Assembly: GCA_964016885.1 (NCBI GenBank)
Contig: OZ024740.1
Span: 66,216,001-66,280,000, forward strand
Length of the DNA: 64,000 nucleotides
Direction: 5' to 3'
Origin: Eledone cirrhosa
Lineage: Eukaryota
The notes beneath the pieces are model-generated. The model ran no database searches. It saw only the letters and a list, made by a program, of their open reading frames with translations, and had not been told where the DNA came from. Shown here one piece after another: positions 53,224-64,000 of the stretch. How positions within the stretch are numbered: position 1 is the first letter of the stretch; each line of letters starts with the position of its first letter. The position numbers and the translations under genes were made by a program.

Positions 53224-53968
53224 TATTTGTTTATTGAAAAAAACCAACAAAGATTTAATATAATAGGTCTGTTTTGGGAACAGGTTTTGAATTGACCAAT
53301 ATAAAGGTAGTGTGTGGTCAAGATGGTAGAATAGTAGTAATAGAACTTTAATTTAGGGGTAGAGGAAAGCAGATTTCAGTTTTGAATGGAAAGAGTTCGA
53401 TGAATGAAAAGATTATTTTAGGAATGAAAATAGGTCAAGTCGGTAAAAGGTACACGAAGAATTGATGTTATAAAAGAATAATACTAATGTAAATATCTAA
53501 GGAGAATGAAATTTTACGATAAATGTGTTAGTGAAAAATATCAATCTTATTTAAAATATAGGGAGTTTAATTCTATAAAAAGAAAATAAATTAATTAAAT
53601 TGATAGGTATATTTATAATGATACATTTATATTAATTCATATAGATATTATAAATAAGAGTTAGATGTAATTGCAGAGTGCTGTTAAAAACGAAGGGAAA
53701 ATAAAATAATAATAAATATTATTATTATTGGGGGGGGGGGGGGGTTGTAAATTTAATAGTGAGAAATAACAAATTTATATAGATTATAAGGAACATAGAA
53801 TCATAACCTGAAATTAAAATAATTTATATACATACTTATTGGTATAAATTTTAGGAAAACATAGCTGTAAAAGGGAAATAAAATTATGCAGTTCATTAGT
53901 AGTAGAATATTAATTATAGGTTTACTAATTTTAAAAAAGTGTTATTATCATAATTTCTAAAGTGTATA

Positions 53969-54526
53969 TTAATTAGGTTTATAATATTTAAAAGTTCTTC
54001 TCAGTTTATGATTACATGATATAATTAATTCCTGTCGTTTATTTAATAGGATATCCTTAGATTTCATTATTTCAAAAAGTTCCTGGGAACATTCATATCT
54101 ATTATTTTGATAAGGGGTGGCCCTTTTGAGCACACTCCAGGTCAGGTTATAATCTATATTCCGCTTTCTATAATTTTTAATTATTTCAGCTAAAGATGTC
54201 GTATTAGCTAATGCGGCATTTTTAAAACTGTGTTTGTGGATATTAAATCTTACTTTAAATTGGTTAGAAGTAGCTCCTATATATGAATAAGTTGAGTCCT
54301 TAGTGTTAACTTTACATTTATATACTATGTTATTAATAAGGCAATTTCCTTTTAATGGGCAATTTGCTTTGTTTCTACAGTTACAACCTTTCGTGAATGC
54401 TGTATCAGAGGAGATAGTCAAATTAGGTGTGGAATTTTTACAACTTGTTGTATGTGAATGAGATGGTGGTTTGCTGTGGTTTATTTTAGTATTATGGTTA
54501 GTTTGATGTATTGGTGGTATATTCAT
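53969..54526 (-). mobile_element. Penelope-like GIY-YIG endonuclease fragment
   Basis: CNCRNKANCPLKGNCLINNIVYKCKV...YIGATSNQFKVRFNIH...LLNKRQELIISCNH. Confidence 0.87.
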
Positions 54527-54573
54527 GGGTTTTTTACACGTATATGCATTATAGGCACTTATATTTTGTGGTA

Positions 54574-54780
54574 TATTTTTGGTCGCCGTGCCGGTGACAA
54601 ATTGTCATCCGTTTGTTCAACACTGACATTGAGAGTCAATCAACAATCAACATGTTTTTTGGTCATTAGCGTTCAACATATTGATAGTGGTCTGCAATCC
54701 TGATGATGACCCAGAAACATGTTGATTGTTCCTCAATGCCACTTTTGAACAAACGAATGAGTATTTGTCATCGGCACGGC
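54574..54780. mobile_element. 207-bp foldback element carrying a tiny HHR
   Basis: 54574-54631 is the reverse complement of 54731-54780. An inverted decayed HHR half lies at about 54641-54670. Confidence 0.75.
54694..54729 (+). ncRNA. 36-nt minimal hammerhead ribozyme
   Basis: gcaatc-CTGATGA-tg acc ca-GAAAC at GT-T-gattgt. Palindrome AACATGTT. Confidence 0.72.
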
Positions 54781-55299
54781 ACAGCTTTAATCAGGCAGTT
54801 TGTTTACAAACGATTCGAATTCTATTATTAATATTCGATATTTTCACATTAAAAATTGAAGTCTTTACTCTAATACTGCAACTTTTCAAATTGGTCAACC
54901 AATTCGTAAAGATACTATATGCATCTAAATTAACTAGTTTTTAGATACTATTTGCTAAATCATTCTAGGGTGTTAATTTCCAGTTTACTAACGAGTAACA
55001 TTTCTTTTTTTTTATCAAAACAATCTTGGAGCATAAATTATTTTTTTTCATATGGCATCTGGTAAATTTTAGCTAATAATAATTCAATTAAGAGGCTTTA
55101 TACTTTTGATTCCAAACAGCTTGAAACTACCTTTGGTTCTATGATGCCAAGTGCATCAAACATAGTTATGTACATATAGATAAAACCATTTAACCATTTT
55201 TATATCAAACGACTGCTTTTTAATACAGTAGGCAGTTAGACATATTACTAAATCTCTTCAAATTCTTCTTTGCCCACTTATTCCTGGGAGAGTCAAGTG

Positions 55300-55500
55300 G
55301 AAAGAGTCCTCAAAAATACCTTCCAGCTGGTCCTGTCAGAAACAACTATCTCCAATGGATCCAGTTGGATCCCCAAATCAGACCATCCAAGCTCATGAAT
55401 GCTATACAACCATCTTGCTCGGGGTCTACCCCTGGCGTTCCTGCCGATAGGTTTTGCCTGTAAAATCTGTCCTGCAATTCTTTCAGAGATATTCTAACCA
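55300..55500 (-). mobile_element. RTE-type LINE 3' coding fragment
   Basis: RILQAKPIGRNARGRPRARW (GxRxRGRPxxRW motif). Confidence 0.65.
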
Positions 55501-55538
55501 CATGCCCATAATACTGAAGCTGTGATTGCTGTGTGTGT

Positions 55539-55609
<71 letters not shown>

Positions 55610-55636
55610 GTGTGCGTGTGTGTGTTTGTGTGTGTA

Positions 55637-55688
<52 letters not shown>

Positions 55689-55718
55689 TATGCATATCTA
55701 TATATATATCACCCAAAA

Positions 55719-56272
55719 ACATTCGTGTCTGCCGTTCTGTTTATATGACAACACAAGATCAAGAATGACAGAGCCATTTTACTCACATGGCTTAAAGTGT
55801 TTGTTTGCATCATTGCAAACGAATCGAATATTATTAGTAATATCCGAAAAGCTCAGATTTAAATTTCGTGTATTCAGCCATGTAAAGCGATAAAACTATT
55901 TGTTAGTTATTTGACAATGGCAAAGCCGACCCTTAATCGCTCGTATATATGACACTGACTGGCCTGTTTGCTGACATGCAAACCTGGCTGATCACTGCAT
56001 CTGCTAATATGCAGATCTGACTGATCAGGCAGTCTGCTAATATACAAAACAGGCCGATCAGTCACTGTATATTCCAGAAAATATAATGCATGTTCACTAA
56101 CTTTGACAGTTGGCAGGTATGAAGTATACGGTACTGATGAAGGGTAATCACGCAGCAACATTAGTGTTTGCCGTTCCGTTTATATAACGACACATGAGCG
56201 AGAATGACGGAATCATTCTACTAACACGGCTTAAAGAGGTTGTTTGCATAATTGCAAACGAATCGAATATTT
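55719..56272 (+). mobile_element. Partial-tandem non-coding element (about 440-bp period) with a possible decayed HHR at 56131-56170
   Basis: 55719-55832 is repeated at 56158-56272. Internal repeats of about 30 bp. CTGATGA at 56134, but GAAA is replaced by GCAA and the stems are poor. Confidence 0.6.
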
Positions 56273-56283
56273 TTATTAATATC

Positions 56284-56440
56284 AATATCGGTAGAGGGTC
56301 GGACGCCATGCTTTGTAGCAATGAGTTACGGCCCATTATGATCTGAGTTCAAATCCCGCCGAGGTTAACTTTGCCTTTCATCCTTACGGGGTCGATAAAC
56401 ACTGGGATAATTTCTGGCCTTGTACCAAAAGTAGAACAAA
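56284..56440 (+). mobile_element. SINE
   Basis: Matches 2583-2770. TSD ttattaatatc on both sides. Confidence 0.85.
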
Positions 56441-56535
56441 TTATTAATATCTGACAAAGTTAGATTTGCATTTCTTATATATATATATATGTGTGTGTGT
56501 GTGGTTACCTCCGATTCAACCCGGAATATCTTACC

Positions 56536-56603
<68 letters not shown>

Positions 56604-59269
56604 CATGTGCGTGTGTATGTGTGTGATGCTGTGTATGTGTCAGTTTCAGCATACATTTTTGTGAATGTATGGGGTGTACCATCTCACTTTTTCTTATTAG
56701 GTATGAAATCGTTTTCTATATCTTTCATGGCGAAAGCAACCCCCGAATATTCCTTACCCGTTCCTTACTTAAGATAATCAAAAATAATTACACGGTTATG
56801 AAATAAGACCTACGATGAGTTGAAGTTCACCGGAACCTCTGTAATCGAACACGGAATGCTGTTTTCAATCTTTAAGAGGACAGCGCTTGACTAGTTTTAT
56901 ATTCAGTGGAATAGATATATTTAATATGTTTCATACCACGAAACAGCGTGATAAGCTGCATTATACATTACTGAAAAATCATTATGCACGGAAAAAAAGT
57001 AATAAAAATGAAGTATTTCGACATTCTATTTCGATACAATCAATAATGGTAAACGCTGGAAATAGGTAACAGCAATATATAACTTCTAATGTGACATCAA
57101 CATACTATAACCTGCCATAATTTCGTCTGTCTATATATTTGAGATAACGTATTATAATAGGTTGTGTAGTTTTGGAAAGGAGAAAAATATCTATTTAACC
57201 AGATTCATATAATCGTCACTGAGGTAAAATAACTGAAAGTATTTTAAAGAATGTGAATATATTTATTGGAATATGCCTTGCGGTCTGAATAGAGTAACAG
57301 CAGCTCTTTATAGCAGCAATCTAAATTCTCTGCTTCATAACATTCTGCAGCTACATTCAGTCTATTCCCGCAAATTTTACTCTAAAATTATTAAATTTAA
57401 TATGAACTGGAATACGATCATTGTTCTACCATGGACATAACAACAGTGAATGTATCATACTCCACCTTCTCTTTCAATGTACCTTATTCATAACATTCAA
57501 TCTCCAAATAAAGTGTTCTTGAGTTATATTCAACTATATTTATTTAGACATTTTAATTAGTTTAGAGGTTTATAATTTACAGAAAACATAAATTATATTA
57601 AAGTTACATAAAGAAAGGTTATTTTAATAATTACTTTAAAATGTATTATAGTAATCGTCAAGCCAATTAGAACATGATTAATGCTATTATTGATGCCATT
57701 TTTTGTTTACATTTCTAAAGTTATTGGATTTGTATGATCGATTTAATTGAGGAAGCTAAGTAATTGATTGACCATCAGATTAGACTACACACTCTGATAT
57801 CGATTGAATTTGAACAGTTCGGAACTGTTACATAGCTAGTTATTTTTTTTACAAAACATCCCATCATAACTTTCGATTAATAACAAAGCCTGTATGTTTA
57901 TGTACAGACACTGATTATAATCTATTTGTAACATATAACTTCAAAGGCATAAAATGGAAAATATTGTCCAATGGCCAATATTTTATACACGAGTGAATTA
58001 TCTGAAGATAGGTTGCTTCAGATGATAATCAAAATATGTTTTCGGGGAAAGAAATTTAGTGCCTATGAACTGATCATAGCCTGTATTAGAAGGGTAGTAA
58101 ATGAACACGAGATTTCATCATACTTGAGAATAGATTTAAAAGATTGTAACAGGGTGGAATCCGTTAAAATCATCTAATCTTAAAGTGGTTGTGTTAAGTC
58201 AGTCTGGCTATGTGTAATTCATTCACTACTATACACTCAACCTAGAATAAGAAATAGACGATACTTCTATATAATACAAATTAATGTTTGTTCCGATAAA
58301 AACCACATTTATTTTATTTCATATATTCCTCCTTTCATATATCAACATTAAGCTCAGCTTTTAAGAAGCAACAAATAATAAAATGTTTCTTCGTCAATCT
58401 GTTTTAAACATAACAGCAACATATATGCAAACACAAAAGAAAATATAAAGAAATAAACAATACACGTCTGATTAATTTACGTTTTCTAGCACTGAGTGTT
58501 CAACTCAATTTTACTGATTTGATTTATTAGAGTGCTGCACTCACATGATTATTTTGTTAGTCCTCCCATGGGAAGGAAGCCAATATAATTTTAGATTCTT
58601 TGTAAAGGTGCAAAATCATAATTCACATCATATTTATTTCATCTCAATGGCACTTTGCCTCTTAATTTTCAGGAATATTAACTTTCTTTTTCTCACCCAT
58701 CTCTAAAGATTCCTTCTAATAGATTTACCTTTCTTATAGTTTTGTATAACATTTTAAATTGTAACAATACCAACTCAAATATATAAGGCTGCCACTGCGT
58801 TACTACGTATGTTATCATATCCATCTGGCCTCTATAACACATTTAGAACATTAAGATATACGGAGGGTCACATTGGAAAAGGAAATCTTATTTCCATTAG
58901 TCTTAACATTGGTGATACCATCTGATGCTTGCAATTTCTGACAGAAACAGAATATTATTTCCCTTTAAGTGGAGAAGGGCTGAAACAGGAGAGCTGAAAC
59001 AGAGGCCAACAAATAACAACCATTCACTTCGTACTATATTTATAAAACCCTAAAACTTGAAAGGCCAGTTTGATCTTGGCAATATATAAACTCAGAGTGC
59101 AGAGAAATGTCACGAATACCAATGTATGTAAGTGGCGCGTCAACGGATTCGTCGAAGTATACCGCACTAAATTACGGCAGGATCATCAGATAGAATGCAG
59201 ATATATATGTCCTGGTTCTTCCAAATCAAGAGGAAAATGTATAATTGCTGAAATTATGTGAGCTCTAAA

Positions 59270-59442
59270 TAATTGTTTCTTCTTTTGGCACAAGGTCAGC
59301 AATTATCCCAGGTTATTACTGGTACTTTATTTTATCGACCCTGTAAGGATGAAAGGCAAAATTAACACCAGCGGGATTGAAATCAAATCATAATGGGCCG
59401 TAACTCTATGCTGCTAAACATGGCGCCCGACCTTCTATCTGC
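59270..59442 (-). mobile_element. SINE
   Basis: Reverse complement of the same family (actggtactttattttatcgacc...ggatgaaaggcaaa). Confidence 0.85.
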
Positions 59443-60650
59443 CGACGCTATATGTAGGATATTTATAGAACAGTCTGATGCATTAGCAGATACATTTCAA
59501 TGTTTTTCTTTACAAAGAAATTTGATATGAACGGTCAAGTCTACTTAATAGTAAGTTTCTATCATTTGCCAATAGTACAGTGTTCACTATGCCACATATT
59601 AAACGGTACATATACACATGAAAAAAACCAAAACTGCAACTCAGAAATGTTTAGATTGATATACCACAAATAATATGCAAATTTACGTTTGAAACCATAC
59701 AAAAGCACAGACATACATTTATTATTGATTGAAAGTATTATTGAGTTATATTCATTTTTGTTAACAATGTTGTCAAAATATCGAAGGTAGATTTAAATAT
59801 TTCACAGGGCATCCTATATCAATACGGTTGATGTTTCGCTTGTCAATCCGTATATAAGTATTTCCTCGGCAAAAAAGCATATATTAAAGATAAGTATGAA
59901 ATTATGCAGTGAAGTATTAGACGCATTTAGTTAAGAATAATTGAATTGAGATTGGAATATAATATATGGGTTTGTGAAGCAGATATATTTGGAGGATATG
60001 CTATATGGAGATCTGATAAACACGAACCTGAATTTAGCTATAGTTTAGGCAATGCAAATTCAAGACAAAGAGACCATACTCCCATCTATAAATAGTCATT
60101 GATATTCAAAACTGTGAGCAACAGCTTCCAAGAGGACGGCAACATTTATTTTGATAGTGTGATTCACTAGTTTTCTCTTCCTAAATTCAGGCACAAAAAA
60201 GGAGAGCAGTGATTACAAAAGATACGTCTTATGAAACATACAGCAGATTGATATCAAGGGTTAGCACATACTTCCTGACAGTTCAACACTGATCCGAGAA
60301 TGGCTGCTAGTATACGGACACAATATATGTTAAAGAGGTTTCTTGGTATGAGTATCAATGAGAGAAAGGGTCTTATTTACTAGGAATTATTACATCTAAG
60401 CAGCTTTCCGTTATCTCACAAGGATCTACCGCAAAATTAAGTAACCACTATAATGTACACGTCGCTGTATAATCTCTCAGGTATACATATCTATGCAGAG
60501 AAATACGCGCGAACACATTATATACACACCTTTACCCTCACATCTCACTGCTTCTGTTCGTCTGACATTTGCTGAATGAATGGACTAAGCCGCTCAAAGC
60601 CACCTCGCAATAAAATAGTATCAACTCTACAATACACACACGCACACACC

Positions 60651-61601
<951 letters not shown>

Positions 61602-61632
61602 CCCAGGGAACGATATGATATCGACGAGTTAT

Positions 61633-61666
<34 letters not shown>

Positions 61667-61858
61667 CAGAAATAGCCGTCGAAAAAGCTTGAGATCTGCC
61701 GTCGTGGTTACACATTTTCCCATATGTTTTCTTTCATTTTTGTAGTTAATATGTTATACCTTCTACATGCTACGCCCGATGTCTATTTACACCTAAGCGT
61801 GATTGGTTATGTATTTTTCCCTGCTTGCGCTGATAATATGTATGTATATATATTATCA

Positions 61859-61902
<44 letters not shown>

Positions 61903-62080
61903 TAAAATAACAGATTAAAGTTTAAGCAAAGAATCGCTGCTTTCACCCTTAACGGGATCTTCTGAAACTAACAAAGTCAATCTGTAAACGCAGAACAGGA
62001 TATATATATATATGTATGTGTATATATATATATATACATTGTAAATCCAATTCTCTAACCACTCAGCTACACGCCTTCAC

Positions 62081-62597
<517 letters not shown>

Positions 62598-62620
62598 TAT
62601 ATATATATATATATATATAT

Positions 62621-64000
62621 TGTTATACTTTGGGAGGGTCATGTTGCCAATAAGAAACACACGCACCAGTTGCTTTCACTTCAATTTATTATATATTTAT
62701 AAATTTATAAATTTACAAATTTACAAACTTATAAATTTCTGGTTGGTTGGTTGGTTCTACAACCAGATAATTGTTTATATATAGTCATAGTCCCTTCGTC
62801 ACACACTCTGTGACCTCTTCAGTGACTGGGGATTCCTTTCTTCGTTTCTGTGCCTTTCCTTTCTTCTATCCTACGCCATTTTGTTTCTGTGTGTGTGTTG
62901 TGTGCTCAGTTTGCGCATGCGCCACATCCGGGTGTCTGTGTGTGTTTGTGTTCATTTATCTATTTGTTTATTTATTCATTTATTTATTGTTGGTTGGTTG
63001 TTTGTTCTATGTGTGCGTGTGTTTTCATTTTGTCCTTATTTGTAAGTTGTGATGTTGCTGTTCCACTCATATTCTCTATTTAATTTTGGTTTTAATTCTT
63101 TTATGCTTACTGCCTCTGTAATTTGCCTAAACATTGCGTCTTTTCTGTGTGTGGATTCTATTTTTATTTCTATGCTCTCTAATCTACCCCTGTGTTCTAT
63201 CTTAGCATGTTGGTAGAGCACAGATGATTCTTTATTATCTTGGAGGTCTCGCCAGTGTTCATTTATTCGTTCCCCTATACTACGAGCTGTCTCACCTATG
63301 TACACTATATTTTTGTTTCTACATTGTCCTTCAGTACATCTTATGCTATACACTACATTTCTAGTTTTACAGTTAATATGTGGGCTTATTTTACAGGTTA
63401 TACATTTCTTATCTATACATGAGGGTCTTTGGAACGGGTATGTCTTGCTAATAAGTGTTTTTACGGAGGTACCAGGTCTTTCTACTATCTTAATATTGAG
63501 ATTATGTTTATTTAGGGCCCTTCTAAATGTGTAAGCTAGTTCGCCTCTAGGGGTTGTATTGATGAACATTACACTCTGGTATTTATTGCTATCATACCAT
63601 GAGTTTATTCTATTGGCCTTGTTCCTAGTTCTTTCTATTCTATTCCAAAATGTGCTCCTATACAAGAGGCAGGTCCCATTTATGTCATTATTTACCATTT
63701 TTTCCATTTGGTTCTGGCTCCTTTATACACTCTGATTCTATCTCTCTGATTGTAGCCAGAGAACTGCATACGGTGGACGAAGTGTTGTATGTGTCTCTCT
63801 AGTTCTTCGGGGTTGCACATGCGGGACACATTTCTCATCACCCGTACCAAATCCGCAATCAGTATGTTGATTTTGGTATGATCCGAAATGGCCGAGTTTC
63901 GGTGGATCAGATGTTTGGAAGTCATGGGTTTGGCATAATGGGAATGGAGGATTTGTTTTTGGTTGTTAATGGTATCTAACCAGAGCTCTGTGTCTAGTAC
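62621..64000 (-). mobile_element. Penelope-like element (RT C-terminus plus GIY-YIG plus terminal repeat), runs off the window
   Basis: HSHYAKPMTS..IHRNSA, NVVYSIRC...VYIGETARSIGERINEH...QITEAVSI...PKLN. One frameshift at about 63700. Confidence 0.9.
62784..62826 (-). ncRNA. Hammerhead-like motif in a Penelope 3' repeat
   Basis: gtca-CTGAAGA-g gtcac agagtgt gtgac-GAAG g ga c TA-tgac. The sister copy at 9796-9838 has GAAA. Confidence 0.55.

Noticed and set aside
55955-56070. Repeats of about 30 bp as a CRISPR-like array
   Set aside because: Degenerate tandem units without unique spacers, eukaryotic context and no cas genes.
58890-58990. Minus-strand acceptor-like ctgtttcag followed by LHLKGNNI (LRR-like)
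   Set aside because: Too short, with no supporting neighbouring exons.

Overview
AT-rich, microsatellite-dense eukaryotic DNA. The recurring tRNA-derived SINE resembles those I recall from octopus genomes, so an octopod cephalopod origin is my inference. No host gene can be supported, and most ORFs in the track are microsatellite read-throughs. Recognisable content is decayed mobile DNA: a full-length but frameshifted Helitron (10839-16491, minus), a CRE-type RT-RLE retroelement, a maT/DD37D and a mariner transposon, RTE fragments, SINEs, and seven Penelope-like (RT/GIY-YIG) copies or fragments. The main signal is not in the ORF track. By manual base-pairing I find about 20 type I hammerhead ribozyme (HHR) motifs (about 10 with an intact CUGANGA/GAAA/NUH core) from at least eight unrelated sequence families. 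Some lie in the 3' repeats of Penelope-like fragments. Many lie in non-coding 320-560 bp partial-tandem or foldback elements inserted in (TA)n, which look like retrozyme-type parasites of Penelope machinery. Several families have a non-canonical pair closing stem II, and inversion breakpoints repeatedly fall inside the ribozyme. All structures were read by eye and none is computationally or experimentally validated.
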